A stretch of 64,000 bases of DNA from Escherichia coli 042 (GCF_000027125.1 NC_017626.1), one strand, 5' to 3'. Shown: positions 44,548 through 59,090, counted from the stretch's first letter. Made by a program: numbers and translations. Notes: generated from the letters alone by a model not told the origin.

Positions 44548-46191
44548 ATGTCCAGCTTGATCAATAACGCCATGAGCGGACTGAACGCGGCCCAGGCGGC
44601 GTTAAATACGGCAAGTAATAATATCTCCAGCTATAACGTTGCCGGATATACCCGCCAAACCACTATTATGGCGCAGGCCAATAGCACGTTGGGCACTGGC
44701 GGCTGGGTTGGCAATGGCGTCTACGTTTCTGGTGTGCAGCGTGAGTATGATGCGTTTATTACCAACCAGTTACGTGCTGCGCAGACGCAAAGTAGCGGCC
44801 TGACTGCCCGCTATGAGCAGATGTCGAAAATCGACAATATGCTCTCCACCAGTACCTCTTCGCTGGCAACACAGATGCAGGATTTCTTCACCAGCCTGCA
44901 AACGCTGGTGAGTAACGCGGAAGATCCGGCAGCGCGCCAGGCGCTGATTGGGAAATCAGAAGGGTTGGTGAATCAGTTTAAAACCACCGATCAATATCTG
45001 CGCGACCAGGACAAACAGGTCAATATCGCGATAGGTGCCAGCGTTGATCAGATCAACAATTACGCTAAACAAATTGCCAGCCTGAACGATCAAATCTCGC
45101 GCCTGACAGGCGTGGGGGCAGGGGCGTCACCTAACAATCTGCTGGATCAACGCGATCAACTGGTGAGCGAATTAAACCAGATTGTTGGTGTAGAAGTCAG
45201 CGTTCAGGATGGTGGCACTTATAACATCACGATGGCCAATGGTTACTCACTGGTTCAGGGAAGTACGGCTCGGCAACTGGCGGCAGTTCCTTCCAGCGCT
45301 GACCCTTCTCGTACGACTGTCGCTTATGTTGATGGGACGGCAGGCAATATTGAGATCCCGGAGAAATTACTGAATACCGGGTCGCTGGGCGGCATTCTGA
45401 CATTCCGTTCTCAGGATCTTGACCAGACGCGTAATACGCTTGGACAACTGGCGCTGGCATTTGCCGAGGCTTTCAACACCCAACACAAAGCCGGATTTGA
45501 TGCTAACGGCGATGCCGGTGAAGATTTCTTTGCTATCGGTAAGCCCGCGGTACTGCAAAACACGAAAAACAAAGGTGACGTTGCGATCGGTGCCACGGTA
45601 ACTGATGCCTCCGCGGTACTGGCGACAGATTACAAAATCTCGTTCGATAATAATCAGTGGCAGGTCACCCGCCTTGCCAGCAATACCACTTTTACGGTGA
45701 CGCCGGATGCCAACGGTAAAGTGGCATTTGATGGTCTGGAGTTGACGTTTACAGGAACGCCTGCCGTTAACGATAGCTTCACGCTGAAACCGGTAAGTGA
45801 CGCCATCGTCAACATGGATGTATTAATCACCGACGAAGCGAAAATCGCCATGGCGAGCGCAGAAGATGCGGGTGATAGCGACAACCGCAACGGTCAGGCC
45901 CTGCTCGATCTGCAAAGTAACAGTAAAACGGTGGGCGGTGCGAAATCCTTTAACGACGCTTATGCCTCGTTAGTGAGTGATATCGGTAATAAAACCGCGA
46001 CGTTGAAAACCAGTAGCACCACGCAAGGTAATGTGGTGACGCAGCTTTCCAATCAGCAGCAGTCGATTTCCGGTGTCAATCTCGATGAGGAGTACGGAAA
46101 TCTGCAACGTTTTCAGCAGTATTACCTCGCGAATGCGCAGGTTCTGCAGACGGCAAACGCGATTTTTGATGCGCTGATTAACATTCGCTAA
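44548..46191 (+). CDS. flgK: Hook-filament junction protein 1 FlgK
   Basis: 547 aa. Confidence 0.93.
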   Translation: MSSLINNAMSGLNAAQAALNTASNNISSYNVAGYTRQTTIMAQANSTLGTGGWVGNGVYVSGVQREYDAFITNQLRAAQTQSSGLTARYEQMSKIDNMLSTSTSSLATQMQDFFTSLQTLVSNAEDPAARQALIGKSEGLVNQFKTTDQYLRDQDKQVNIAIGASVDQINNYAKQIASLNDQISRLTGVGAGASPNNLLDQRDQLVSELNQIVGVEVSVQDGGTYNITMANGYSLVQGSTARQLAAVPSSADPSRTTVAYVDGTAGNIEIPEKLLNTGSLGGILTFRSQDLDQTRNTLGQLALAFAEAFNTQHKAGFDANGDAGEDFFAIGKPAVLQNTKNKGDVAIGATVTDASAVLATDYKISFDNNQWQVTRLASNTTFTVTPDANGKVAFDGLELTFTGTPAVNDSFTLKPVSDAIVNMDVLITDEAKIAMASAEDAGDSDNRNGQALLDLQSNSKTVGGAKSFNDAYASLVSDIGNKTATLKTSSTTQGNVVTQLSNQQQSISGVNLDEEYGNLQRFQQYYLANAQVLQTANAIFDALINIR

Positions 46192-46202
46192 GGGGAGATA
46201 AA

Positions 46203-47156
46203 ATGCGTTTCAGTACCCAGATGATGTACCAGCAAAACATGCGCGGCATCACCAACTCTCAGGCAGAATGGATGAAGTACGGCGAACAGATGTCGACGGG
46301 TAAGCGAGTCGTTAACCCTTCAGATGATCCCATTGCTGCATCACAAGCTGTTGTTCTCTCCCAGGCACAGGCGCAAAACAGCCAGTACACGCTGGCGCGT
46401 ACTTTCGCCACTCAAAAAGTGTCACTGGAAGAGAGTGTACTTAGCCAGGTCACCACCGCTATCCAGAATGCTCAGGAAAAAATTGTCTACGCCAGCAATG
46501 GCACCTTGAGTGACGATGACCGGGCCTCGCTGGCTACGGATATTCAGGGGCTTCGTGACCAGTTGCTGAATCTGGCGAACACCACTGACGGTAACGGGCG
46601 CTACATTTTTGCCGGTTATAAAACAGAATCCGCACCGTTTAGCGAGGCGGATGGCAAATACGAAGGCGGAGCAGAAAGTATTAAACAACAGGTCGATGCT
46701 TCGCGTTCGATGGTGATAGGGCACACGGGTGACAAAATTTTCGACAGTATTACCAGCAACGCGGTAGCGGAACCAGACGGTAGCGCTTCTGAAACCAATC
46801 TTTTTGCCATGCTGGATAGCGCCATCGCAGCCCTGAAAACGCCGGTCGCGGATAGCGAAGCGGATAAAGAAACCGCCGCTGCGGCGTTAGATAAAACCAA
46901 CCGCGGACTGAAAAACTCGCTGAACAATGTCCTGACCGTTCGCGCGGAATTAGGCACGCAGCTGAACGAACTGGAGTCGCTGGATTCATTAGGTAGCGAT
47001 CGCGCATTAGGGCAAACGCAGCAGATGAGCGATCTGGTTGATGTGGACTGGAATGCAACTATTTCATCTTACATCATGCAGCAAACGGCATTGCAGGCAT
47101 CGTATAAAGCATTTACCGATATGCAGGGATTGTCGCTCTTCCAGCTCAACAAATAA
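46203..47156 (+). CDS. flgL: Hook-filament junction protein 3 FlgL
   Basis: 317 aa. Confidence 0.93.
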   Translation: MRFSTQMMYQQNMRGITNSQAEWMKYGEQMSTGKRVVNPSDDPIAASQAVVLSQAQAQNSQYTLARTFATQKVSLEESVLSQVTTAIQNAQEKIVYASNGTLSDDDRASLATDIQGLRDQLLNLANTTDGNGRYIFAGYKTESAPFSEADGKYEGGAESIKQQVDASRSMVIGHTGDKIFDSITSNAVAEPDGSASETNLFAMLDSAIAALKTPVADSEADKETAAAALDKTNRGLKNSLNNVLTVRAELGTQLNELESLDSLGSDRALGQTQQMSDLVDVDWNATISSYIMQQTALQASYKAFTDMQGLSLFQLNK

Positions 47157-47249
47157 GCTCGCTTTAAAACATATCATGAAACTGGGTATGTTTTCTCTGC
47201 CTGCTCTGGGATCGCCGGGGCGGGCATTTTTTGCATGAGACATAACGAA

Positions 47250-48034
<785 letters not shown>

Positions 48035-48120
48035 AAATATATCCTTCGGCTTTGCATGGATGATAATTATACAGCGCATGTAACGCTAATGTCATTACAA
48101 CAAAGATGCTACCCTGAAAT

Positions 48121-48150
48121 AAAAAAGCCCTGGCAGTTACCAGGGCTTGA
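48121..48150 (-). terminator. Rho-independent terminator downstream of rne
   Basis: AGCCCTGGCAGTTACCAGGGCT hairpin followed by a T-run on the minus strand. Confidence 0.7.
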
Positions 48151-48166
48151 TTGCTTGAGCTAATTA

Positions 48167-51100
48167 TTACTCAACAGGTTGCGGACGCGCAGGAGCGGCA
48201 GAGGCATGATGCGTTGCCGTATGACCACCTGCGGCACCTTTGCCTTCGAAGGCAAAAGTAGGGCGCTGCCAGTCACTGTGACGCGGTGCCTCCGGAACAT
48301 ATTCCGGTGCCGGAGCGCGCGTCATTGGCGCGGTAGCGTGGTTATGCTCAACGGTGACCTCAGGTTTAACCGCGGCTACCGTTTCAACTTCTGCTGCGAC
48401 TTCAGCGACGACAGGCGCGGCAGGTTGAGCAACAACTTCAGGTTCAGCAACCACAACCTCAGCAGTTTCGGCAACTTCTTCAATATCTGCCGTCTCTTCC
48501 TGCGGTTCAACCACCGGTTCTGCGTGTTCTGCAACTTCCTGGGCTACGGCAACATCAGTCTCGGTAATCACCTGCGGCTGTTCAGTTACCGCGGCGGCAA
48601 TCACTTCAGGATGCGTCGTTTCAACCACTTCCGGTTGCGGTTCGGCAACCTGAACGGGGGCTTCTACAACTTCAGCCACTTCTTCAACAACCGGTGCGCT
48701 AACAACAGGTTCGACAGCGGCGGCGACAGGGACCTCAGTCACCATCGGCTGCACTTGTACTTCTTCCTGTTCGCGCTGCTCTTCGACCTGTACATCTTGC
48801 GGACGTACAATTGGATAGCGGATCCAGACTTTGCCAGAGGCCAGTTCCGGAGATGCGCACGCTACGGTCAACGGCATTGGCGATTGGGTTGGATAACGCT
48901 CGTCACGATAGCGACGACGACGCTGACCACTCACGCGCAGGTGACGAGGCGAGCGGCGAGAACGACGCGGCATGCCACCGTTGTCACGGTTATCGGCATT
49001 GTTCTCTTCTTGCTGTTCTGGTGCAGCTTGCGCTACGACTGGCAGCGGGACTTTCACCAGTTCTGTGCGTGGAGCTGGCGCTTCCTGAACAATTGGTTCG
49101 GCAGCGACAGTTTCTTCAACCACCGGTGCGACTACCGCTTCTTCGGCTACGCTTTGCTCGTAACGCACTTTCTGATTGAGCTGACGCTGTTTACGACGCG
49201 GCTGAACCGGACGTACACGTTCTTCCTGTTCGGTTTCCTGAACAGATTGCTCTTCAACATTCAGCGCCTTCGCTTCTTGTTGCGCCTGACGTTTATCATC
49301 GTTACGGCGGCGGCTACGTTCACGACGCGGCGCTTGCTGCTCGTCGGTGGTACGCGCTTTTTCCGTTACCTCAGCCTGCTGACGGCTCTCACGCGTCTCG
49401 GCAGTCTGCTGCTGTGCCTGGCGACGATTACGACGGTTTTCTTCGCGATTATCGCTGCCTTCTGTACGTTCACTACGGGTATCGCGGCGCTCATTACGGT
49501 CACGGCGGTTGTTCTGACGAGGCTTGCGACGATCCTGTTGACGTTCCGGTTTCGCTTCTGCTTTCGGTGCTGGTTGCTCGGTCGGTTTGGTTTCTTCACC
49601 ACCGCTGAACAGCGCTTTCAGTGCGCCGAAGAAGCGGCTTAACAGCCCAGGTTGTGCAGGAGCTGCTGGTGTTGCCGGTGCAGCTTTAGGTGCTGGGGCT
49701 ACGACAGGCGCGGCAGGTTCAGCTGGGGTTGGTGCTGGCGGCACATCCGGCATGGCAAAGGTAGCCAGCGCAGGTTGTTCCGGACGCTTACGTTCAGCGA
49801 ACTCTTCTTCAGACGGCAGCGCCATCGCTTCTTCATGCAGCTTCGGCAGCATGTAGCTTAAGGTTGGGGTTTCTTCCCCTTTGCGCACGCGCAGCACATG
49901 GTAGTGCGGGGTTTCCATCTGATCGTTTGGCACAATCACACAGCGCACGCCGTCCTGACGAGTTTCAATCGCATTCACTGCAGAACGTTTTTCATTCAGC
50001 AGATAAGAAGCGATTGGCACAGGAACAATGGCGTGAACTTCCTGGGTGTTCTCTTTCAGCGCTTCTTCTTCGATCAGACGCAGAATAGAGAGCGACAGCG
50101 ATTCGTTGTCACGCACGGTACCGGTACCGGAGCAGCGCGGGCAGACGTGATGGCTGGATTCACCCAATGATGGGCTCAGGCGCTGACGGGACATTTCCAG
50201 CAGGCCAAAGCGAGAAATATGGCTGATTTGAATACGCGCACGGTCCTGACGCACCGCTTCACGCAGACGGTTTTCTACCGCACGCTGGTGGCGTACTGGC
50301 GTCATGTCGATGAAGTCGATAACAATCAGGCCGCCGAGGTCACGCAGGCGCAGCTGACGAGCAATCTCATCGGCAGCTTCGAGGTTGGTGTTAAACGCGG
50401 TTTCTTCGATATCGCCGCCGCGGGTCGCGCGTGCGGAGTTGATGTCGATGGCCGTTAACGCTTCGGTGCTGTCGATAACAATGGAACCACCAGACGGCAG
50501 ACGAACTTCACGCTGGAAGGCGGACTCAATCTGTGACTCGATCTGGTAGTGGCTGAACAGCGGGATCTCGCCGGTGTACAGTTTGATTTTGCTGCTGAAA
50601 TCCGGGCGACCTAATGCAGCGATATGCTGACGTGCCAGTTCGAGCACTTTCGGGTTATCGATAAGGATTTCGCCGATGTCCTGACGTAAGTAATCGCGGA
50701 ATGCGCGAACGATGACGTTGCTCTCCTGATGAATCAGGAACGGAGCCGGGCGGCTTTCAGCGGCTTTTTTGATGGCTTCCCAGTGTTTCAGACGGAAGCT
50801 TAAATCCCATTGCAGCGCCTCAGCAGATTTGCCGACGCCAGCGGTGCGCACGATTAGCCCCATGCCTTCCGGCAGTTCAAGGCTTGCCAGTGCTTCTTTT
50901 AATTCGGTACGGTCGTCGCCTTCGATACGACGAGAAATGCCACCCGCGCGCGGGTTGTTCGGCATCAGAACCAGATAGCTACCCGCCAGACTGATAAAGG
51001 TGGTTAATGCCGCGCCTTTGTTGCCGCGCTCTTCTTTATCGATCTGAACAATGACTTCCTGACCTTCACGCAACACATCTTTAATGTTGGGACGACCATG

Positions 51101-51352
51101 TGCACTGTAGTTAGCAGGGAAATATTCGCGGGCAATTTCTTTTAGTGGGAGGAAACCGTGACGTTCAGCGCCGTAATCAACAAAAGCAGCTTCCAGACTC
51201 GGTTCAATGCGGGTGATTTTACCTTTGTAGATGTTTGCCTTTTTCTGCTCGTGCCCTGGACTTTCGATATCCAGGTCATACAGACGCTGCCCATCTACAA
51301 GGGCAACGCGCAACTCTTCCTGCTGAGTTGCGTTGATTAACATTCTTTTCAT
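48167..51352 (-). CDS. rne: Ribonuclease E
   Basis: 1061 aa; conserved N-terminal catalytic half plus Arg/Pro/Glu-rich low-complexity C-terminal scaffold. Confidence 0.95.
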   Translation of the reverse strand: MKRMLINATQQEELRVALVDGQRLYDLDIESPGHEQKKANIYKGKITRIEPSLEAAFVDYGAERHGFLPLKEIAREYFPANYSAHGRPNIKDVLREGQEVIVQIDKEERGNKGAALTTFISLAGSYLVLMPNNPRAGGISRRIEGDDRTELKEALASLELPEGMGLIVRTAGVGKSAEALQWDLSFRLKHWEAIKKAAESRPAPFLIHQESNVIVRAFRDYLRQDIGEILIDNPKVLELARQHIAALGRPDFSSKIKLYTGEIPLFSHYQIESQIESAFQREVRLPSGGSIVIDSTEALTAIDINSARATRGGDIEETAFNTNLEAADEIARQLRLRDLGGLIVIDFIDMTPVRHQRAVENRLREAVRQDRARIQISHISRFGLLEMSRQRLSPSLGESSHHVCPRCSGTGTVRDNESLSLSILRLIEEEALKENTQEVHAIVPVPIASYLLNEKRSAVNAIETRQDGVRCVIVPNDQMETPHYHVLRVRKGEETPTLSYMLPKLHEEAMALPSEEEFAERKRPEQPALATFAMPDVPPAPTPAEPAAPVVAPAPKAAPATPAAPAQPGLLSRFFGALKALFSGGEETKPTEQPAPKAEAKPERQQDRRKPRQNNRRDRNERRDTRSERTEGSDNREENRRNRRQAQQQTAETRESRQQAEVTEKARTTDEQQAPRRERSRRRNDDKRQAQQEAKALNVEEQSVQETEQEERVRPVQPRRKQRQLNQKVRYEQSVAEEAVVAPVVEETVAAEPIVQEAPAPRTELVKVPLPVVAQAAPEQQEENNADNRDNGGMPRRSRRSPRHLRVSGQRRRRYRDERYPTQSPMPLTVACASPELASGKVWIRYPIVRPQDVQVEEQREQEEVQVQPMVTEVPVAAAVEPVVSAPVVEEVAEVVEAPVQVAEPQPEVVETTHPEVIAAAVTEQPQVITETDVAVAQEVAEHAEPVVEPQEETADIEEVAETAEVVVAEPEVVAQPAAPVVAEVAAEVETVAAVKPEVTVEHNHATAPMTRAPAPEYVPEAPRHSDWQRPTFAFEGKGAAGGHTATHHASAAPARPQPVE

Positions 51353-51715
51353 CGTAACTTACTCATTATTCTTACATTGACGACTAAGCTGCGGGCAAAG
51401 TAACGCCTTTCCGGGTGTGAACCGATGGCCTCGTGTCTAGTCGCGTCGCCAACCTCACGGTTATCGTTAGCTCAAAGAGGCGCAGAGTGTCGGTTGCCCG
51501 TTTTTCATGCGGAAAAACAGCGCAATTATCAAAGAAACAGACTGGGTATTACTCTCCAGAAATATTTCCATCTACCGGTAAGGACTGCAACCCGCAGCCC
51601 GCTAACTGCCTGAAAGATCAATACGTCTTACGCCATTGCTGCGTGGATGATCGGTCGGGCAAAATGGGTTATTCCGTAAAATTTCTTGTTTTAACAAGGA
51701 TGGACACGGAAACGG
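51353..51715 (-). promoter_or_regulatory. rne 5' leader (autoregulatory long 5' UTR)
   Basis: Long non-coding region upstream of rne. Established knowledge: a ~360-nt structured leader mediates RNase E autoregulation. Boundaries approximate. Confidence 0.5.
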
Positions 51716-51924
51716 CCTCATTATTCCACTGCAAGCCTTGTTATAGCAAGATGACTTTTACCATTTATCACCCGCTTACTCACAGTTTTTTCACTTCTTG
51801 CTGGTGATTGGTTTAATAACCATCAATAAAGTGATCACGTAGTGAAGTAATAAGGTGCAAAACTAAATATAAGCATAGAAAAATGAGTGGCGCGAATCCT
51901 GTTGGCTAATTAGAATCGCCCACC

Positions 51925-52884
51925 ATGAAAACAGAGACTCCATCCGTAAAAATTGTTGCTATCACCGCTGACGAAGCGGGGCAACGTATCGATAACTTTT
52001 TGCGTACCCAATTGAAAGGCGTACCAAAAAGTATGATTTACCGTATTTTGCGTAAAGGCGAAGTGCGGGTGAACAAAAAACGTATTAAGCCTGAATATAA
52101 ACTCGAAGCGGGTGATGAGGTGCGTATCCCACCGGTTCGCGTTGCTGAACGGGAAGAAGAGGCGGTTTCGCCACATCTGCAAAAGGTGGCAGCGCTGGCG
52201 GACGTCATCTTATATGAAGATGACCATATCCTGGTGCTGAATAAACCTTCCGGTACGGCGGTACATGGCGGCAGTGGTTTAAGCTTCGGCGTTATCGAAG
52301 GTTTGCGGGCGTTGCGCCCGGAAGCGCGGTTCCTTGAACTGGTTCATCGTCTCGACCGGGACACTTCAGGTGTGTTGCTGGTAGCGAAAAAACGCTCGGC
52401 GTTGCGTTCTCTGCATGAGCAATTACGTGAAAAAGGGATGCAAAAAGATTACCTGGTGCTGGTGCGCGGTCAGTGGCAGTCGCATGTGAAGAGCGTTCAA
52501 GCGCCGTTGCTGAAAAATATTCTGCAAAGCGGCGAACGTATCGTGCGTGTGAGTCAGGAAGGCAAACCGTCGGAAACACGCTTTAAAGTGGAAGAACGCT
52601 ATGCTTTTGCCACCCTGGTGCGTTGTAGCCCGGTAACAGGGCGTACTCATCAGATCCGTGTTCATACACAGTATGCGGGTCATCCGATTGCCTTTGACGA
52701 TCGCTACGGTGACCGTGAATTTGACAGACAGCTCACTGAAGCCGGCACGGGATTAAATCGTCTGTTCCTGCACGCCGCAGCGTTGAAGTTTACCCATCCG
52801 GGGACCGGTGAGGTGATGCGTATCGAAGCGCCGATGGATGATGGTTTGAAGCGTTGTTTGCAAAAACTGCGTAACGCGCGCTAA
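51925..52884 (+). CDS. rluC: 23S rRNA pseudouridine synthase RluC
   Basis: 319 aa, S4 domain plus RluA-family catalytic motif (HRLDRDTSG). Confidence 0.92.
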   Translation: MKTETPSVKIVAITADEAGQRIDNFLRTQLKGVPKSMIYRILRKGEVRVNKKRIKPEYKLEAGDEVRIPPVRVAEREEEAVSPHLQKVAALADVILYEDDHILVLNKPSGTAVHGGSGLSFGVIEGLRALRPEARFLELVHRLDRDTSGVLLVAKKRSALRSLHEQLREKGMQKDYLVLVRGQWQSHVKSVQAPLLKNILQSGERIVRVSQEGKPSETRFKVEERYAFATLVRCSPVTGRTHQIRVHTQYAGHPIAFDDRYGDREFDRQLTEAGTGLNRLFLHAAALKFTHPGTGEVMRIEAPMDDGLKRCLQKLRNAR

Positions 52885-52932
52885 TACGAGCATATAAGCA
52901 TGATAATGGGCGGTTGGCCTGATAAGGCGTTT

Positions 52933-53687
<755 letters not shown>

Positions 53688-53791
53688 ATCAGCATACTTG
53701 TCCTTAGCCTTCTGCAGTGACAGCTGGTAGTACAGCGTGCTTCTGGCCAGCCCTGCAGCCTTTAACAGGTCAGACTGGCAGTGTCCGCACC

Positions 53792-54322
53792 TCAGGCTCC
53801 GGATGACTTTCGTTTTTTCTCCAGCTCCTGGCGCTTTTTTTCCAGGAGATGCTCCTGCATGGCTTTCAGATATGCATTTTCTGCGCGAAGATAACGCAGC
53901 TCATTCTTCATCTCTTCCGGCGTCATGTTTGCCTCGTTTTCATGGGTATCATCAGAACGGGTCATGCTTTTCTCCTTCCTGCGCCTGATAAAGGCCTCAT
54001 TACCAGATTTGCGGTAGCCTTTTATCCAGTTTTTAACCGTGTTGTGGCTGGGAATGTTAAACCGGGCAGCTACCCGGGGTAGAGACTCAGAATGCCCGAG
54101 AGCATAAAGAACCACGCAAAGTTTATCTTCAGGAGAATAGCTACGCTTGTGTCTGCAATCCAGTGCCCGAGGACCGTGAAGAAGAAAAAGATTAATCCAG
54201 TGTGAGAGGCTGGTGTGAGAAAGTTGAAAGAGTTTTGCCGTAGAAATGATGCCTGCATGACCAGCCAGGTAATGATTTACAGCGGCAAGTTTTACTTCAA
54301 ATGAATGTTTCATAAACTGCAC
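53792..54322 (-). CDS. IS3-family transposase OrfA (HTH DNA-binding subunit)
   Basis: 176 aa with a leucine-zipper-like C-terminus; slippery A AAA AAG near the 3' end for a -1 frameshift into orfB. Confidence 0.85.
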   Translation of the reverse strand: MQFMKHSFEVKLAAVNHYLAGHAGIISTAKLFQLSHTSLSHWINLFLLHGPRALDCRHKRSYSPEDKLCVVLYALGHSESLPRVAARFNIPSHNTVKNWIKGYRKSGNEAFIRRRKEKSMTRSDDTHENEANMTPEEMKNELRYLRAENAYLKAMQEHLLEKKRQELEKKRKSSGA

Positions 54323-54364
54323 CTTCAGATGTCAGATTATGTCCAACATTTGGGGTGCAGTTCA

Positions 54365-54425
54365 GTTTACGCCGCATCAGGCTGCCAGCACCGATTGCCG
54401 GATGCGACGTAAACGCATCCGGCGC
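54365..54425. repeat. REP palindromic units flanking (and split by) the IS
   Basis: GTTTACGCCGCATCAGGC pairs with GCCTGATAAGGCGTTT on the other side of the IS; a second unit GCCGGATGCGACGTAAACGCATCCGGC follows. Confidence 0.8.
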
Positions 54426-54431
54426 AGAAAA

Positions 54432-55016
54432 CTATCCCATCAGCGGGTTTTTCCCTTCCCGACGTAACATCTGACACAGCGCGATTAGCGGTAAACCAAC
54501 CAGCGTGTTAGGATCACGCCCCTCTAAACGCTCAAACAGCGTAATGCCAAATCCTTCACTCTTAAAGCTACCCGCGCAGTGCAGGGGATGCTCTTTACGC
54601 ACGTAATTATCAATCTCCGCCTCGCTCAGGTGACGGAAATGGACGTCAAAAGGCTCCACTTCTGTTTGCAGATGCCCATTCGCCGAATTAAACAACGCCA
54701 GCCCAGTATAGAAGGTGACGATATTGCCGCTGGCTTTGCGTAATTGCAGACGGGCATTTTCTTCCGTTAACGGTTTACCGGTGATTTCGCCATCAAGAAC
54801 ACATACCTGGTCTGAACCAATAATTAAATGATCCGGATAACGTGACGCCAGAGATTGCGCTTTTTCTTGTGCCAGTCGAAGCACCAACTGTCGCGGTGAT
54901 TCGTCGCCGCGTGGGGTTTCGTCGACCTCGGGTGCTGCACATTCAAAAGAGATTTGCAGTTTTTCCAGAAGAGCGCGACGCCAGGGCGAGGTGGAGGCTA
55001 AAATAAGTTTAGGCAT
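54432..55016 (-). CDS. yceF: Maf-like nucleotide pyrophosphatase YceF
   Basis: Start trimmed to [14 protein letters not shown] (194 aa). Confidence 0.88.
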   Translation of the reverse strand: MPKLILASTSPWRRALLEKLQISFECAAPEVDETPRGDESPRQLVLRLAQEKAQSLASRYPDHLIIGSDQVCVLDGEITGKPLTEENARLQLRKASGNIVTFYTGLALFNSANGHLQTEVEPFDVHFRHLSEAEIDNYVRKEHPLHCAGSFKSEGFGITLFERLEGRDPNTLVGLPLIALCQMLRREGKNPLMG

Positions 55017-55029
55017 ATTTTTTTCCATC

Positions 55030-55736
<707 letters not shown>

Positions 55737-55775
55737 TTGGTGCTCCCCGTTGGATCGGGGATAAACCGTAATTGA

Positions 55776-55961
<186 letters not shown>

Positions 55962-56041
55962 TCACGCGTCTGCGTGATGAAGCTTAGTGAGGATTTTCCC
56001 CAGGCAACTGGGGAAAGACCAAACCGGGCGGCGACGATACC

Positions 56042-57112
56042 TTGACACGTCTAACCCTGGCGTTAGATGTCATGGGAGGGGATTTTGGCCCTTCCGTGAC
56101 AGTGCCTGCAGCATTGCAGGCACTGAATTCTAATTCGCAACTCACTCTTCTTTTAGTCGGCAATCCCGACGCCATCACGCCATTACTTGCTAAAGCTGAC
56201 TTTGAACAACGTTCGCGTCTGCAGATTATTCCTGCGCAGTCAGTTATCGCCAGTGATGCCCGGCCTTCGCAAGCTATCCGCGCCAGTCGTGGGAGTTCAA
56301 TGCGCGTGGCCCTGGAGCTGGTGAAAGAAGGTCGAGCGCAAGCCTGTGTCAGTGCCGGTAATACCGGGGCGCTGATGGGGCTGGCAAAATTATTACTCAA
56401 GCCCCTGGAGGGGATTGAGCGTCCGGCGCTGGTGACGGTATTACCGCATCAGCAAAAGGGCAAAACGGTGGTCCTCGATTTAGGGGCCAACGTCGATTGT
56501 GACAGCACAATGTTGGTGCAATTTGCCATTATGGGCTCAGTCCTGGCTGAAGAGGTGGTGGAAATTCCCAATCCTCGCGTGGCGTTGCTCAATATTGGTG
56601 AAGAAGAAGTAAAGGGTCTCGACAGTATTCGAGATGCCTCAGCGGTGCTTAAAACAATCCCTTCTATCAATTATATCGGCTATCTTGAAGCCAATGAGTT
56701 GTTAACTGGCAAGACAGATGTGCTGGTTTGTGATGGCTTTACAGGAAATGTCACATTAAAGACGATGGAAGGTGTTGTCAGGATGTTTCTTTCTCTGCTG
56801 AAATCTCAGGGTGAAGGGAAAAAACGGTCGTGGTGGCTACTGTTATTAAAGCGTTGGCTACAAAAGAGCCTGACGAGGCGATTCAGTCACCTCAACCCCG
56901 ACCAGTATAACGGCGCCTGTCTGTTAGGATTGCGCGGCACGGTGATAAAAAGTCATGGTGCAGCCAATCAGCGAGCTTTTGCGGTCGCGATTGAACAGGC
57001 AGTGCAGGCGGTGCAGCGACAAGTTCCTCAGCGAATTGCCGCTCGCCTGGAATCTGTATACCCAGCTGGTTTTGAGCTGCTGGACGGTGGCAAAAGCGGA
57101 ACTCTGCGGTAG
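56042..57112 (+). CDS. plsX: Phosphate acyltransferase PlsX
   Basis: 356 aa with apparent TTG start. Confidence 0.9.
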
Positions 57113-57179
57113 CAGGACGCTGCCAGCGAACTCGCAGTTTGCAAGTGACGGTATATAACCGAAAAGTGACTGAGCGTAC

Positions 57180-58133
57180 ATGTATACGAAGATTATTGGT
57201 ACTGGCAGCTATCTGCCCGAACAAGTGCGGACAAACGCCGATTTGGAAAAAATGGTGGACACCTCTGACGAGTGGATTGTCACTCGTACCGGTATCCGCG
57301 AACGCCACATTGCCGCGCCAAACGAAACCGTTTCAACCATGGGCTTTGAAGCGGCGACACGCGCAATTGAGATGGCGGGCATTGAGAAAGACCAGATTGG
57401 CCTGATCGTTGTGGCAACGACTTCTGCTACGCACGCTTTCCCGAGCGCAGCTTGTCAGATTCAAAGCATGCTGGGCATTAAAGGTTGCCCGGCATTTGAC
57501 GTTGCAGCAGCCTGCGCAGGTTTCACCTATGCATTAAGCGTAGCCGATCAATACGTGAAATCTGGGGCGGTGAAGTATGCTCTGGTCGTCGGTTCCGATG
57601 TACTGGCGCGCACCTGCGATCCAACCGATCGTGGGACTATTATTATTTTTGGCGATGGCGCGGGCGCTGCGGTGCTGGCTGCCTCTGAAGAACCGGGAAT
57701 CATCTCCACCCATCTGCATGCCGACGGTAGCTATGGTGAGTTGCTGACGCTGCCTAATGCTGACCGTGTGAATCCAGAGAATTCAATTCATCTGACGATG
57801 GCGGGCAACGAAGTCTTCAAGGTTGCGGTAACAGAACTGGCGCACATCGTAGATGAGACGCTGACGGCGAATAATCTTGACCGTTCTCAACTGGACTGGC
57901 TGGTTCCGCATCAGGCTAACCTGCGTATTATCAGTGCAACAGCGAAAAAACTCGGCATGTCGATGGACAATGTCGTGGTGACGCTGGATCGCCACGGTAA
58001 TACCTCTGCGGCCTCTGTCCCGTGCGCGCTGGATGAAGCTGTACGCGACGGGCGCATTAAGCCGGGGCAGTTGGTTCTGCTTGAAGCCTTTGGCGGTGGA
58101 TTCACCTGGGGCTCCGCGCTGGTTCGTTTCTAG
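57180..58133 (+). CDS. fabH: 3-oxoacyl-ACP synthase III FabH
   Basis: 317 aa. Confidence 0.95.
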   Translation: MYTKIIGTGSYLPEQVRTNADLEKMVDTSDEWIVTRTGIRERHIAAPNETVSTMGFEAATRAIEMAGIEKDQIGLIVVATTSATHAFPSAACQIQSMLGIKGCPAFDVAAACAGFTYALSVADQYVKSGAVKYALVVGSDVLARTCDPTDRGTIIIFGDGAGAAVLAASEEPGIISTHLHADGSYGELLTLPNADRVNPENSIHLTMAGNEVFKVAVTELAHIVDETLTANNLDRSQLDWLVPHQANLRIISATAKKLGMSMDNVVVTLDRHGNTSAASVPCALDEAVRDGRIKPGQLVLLEAFGGGFTWGSALVRF

Positions 58134-58148
58134 GATAAGGATTAAAAC

Positions 58149-59078
58149 ATGACGCAATTTGCATTTGTGTTCCCTGGACAGGGTTCTCAAACCGTTGGAA
58201 TGCTGGCTGATATGGCGGCGAGCTATCCAATTGTCGAAGAAACGTTTGCTGAAGCTTCTGCGGCGCTGGGCTACGACCTGTGGGCGCTGACCCAGCAGGG
58301 GCCAGCTGAAGAACTGAATAAAACCTGGCAAACCCAGCCAGCGCTGTTGACTGCATCTGTTGCGCTGTATCGCGTATGGCAGCAGCAGGGCGGTAAAGCA
58401 CCGGCAATGATGGCCGGTCACAGCTTGGGGGAATACTCCGCGCTGGTTTGCGCTGGTGTGATTGATTTCGCTGATGCGGTGCGTCTGGTTGAGATGCGCG
58501 GTAAGTTTATGCAGGAAGCCGTACCGGAAGGAACGGGTGCTATGGCGGCAATCATCGGTCTGGATGATGCGTCTATTGCGAAAGCGTGTGAAGAAGCTGC
58601 AGAAGGTCAGGTCGTTTCTCCGGTAAACTTTAACTCTCCGGGACAGGTGGTTATTGCCGGTCATAAAGAAGCAGTTGAGCGTGCTGGCGTTGCCTGTAAA
58701 GCTGCGGGCGCAAAACGCGCTCTGCCGTTACCAGTGAGCGTACCGTCTCACTGTGCGCTGATGAAACCAGCAGCCGACAAACTGGCAGTAGAATTAGCGA
58801 AAATCACCTTTAACGCATCAACAGTTCCTGTTGTGAATAACGTTGATGTGAAATGCGAAACCAATGGTGATGCCATCCGTGACGCACTGGTACGTCAGTT
58901 GTATAACCCGGTTCAGTGGACGAAGTCTGTTGAATACATGGCAGCGCAAGGCGTAGAACATCTCTATGAAGTCGGCCCGGGCAAAGTGCTTACTGGCCTG
59001 ACGAAACGCATTGTCGACACCCTGACCGCCTCGGCGCTGAACGAACCTTCAGCGATGGCAGCGGCGCTCGAGCTTTAA
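58149..59078 (+). CDS. fabD: Malonyl-CoA:ACP transacylase FabD
   Basis: 309 aa, GHSLGE active site. Confidence 0.95.
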   Translation: MTQFAFVFPGQGSQTVGMLADMAASYPIVEETFAEASAALGYDLWALTQQGPAEELNKTWQTQPALLTASVALYRVWQQQGGKAPAMMAGHSLGEYSALVCAGVIDFADAVRLVEMRGKFMQEAVPEGTGAMAAIIGLDDASIAKACEEAAEGQVVSPVNFNSPGQVVIAGHKEAVERAGVACKAAGAKRALPLPVSVPSHCALMKPAADKLAVELAKITFNASTVPVVNNVDVKCETNGDAIRDALVRQLYNPVQWTKSVEYMAAQGVEHLYEVGPGKVLTGLTKRIVDTLTASALNEPSAMAAALEL

Positions 59079-59090
59079 AAGAGGAAAATC

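Noticed and set aside
48179-49642. 487-aa plus-strand ORF
   Set aside because: Lies entirely antisense to rne within its low-complexity region; the translation is a Cys/Phe/Arg-rich nonsense sequence with no RBS. Composition artefact.
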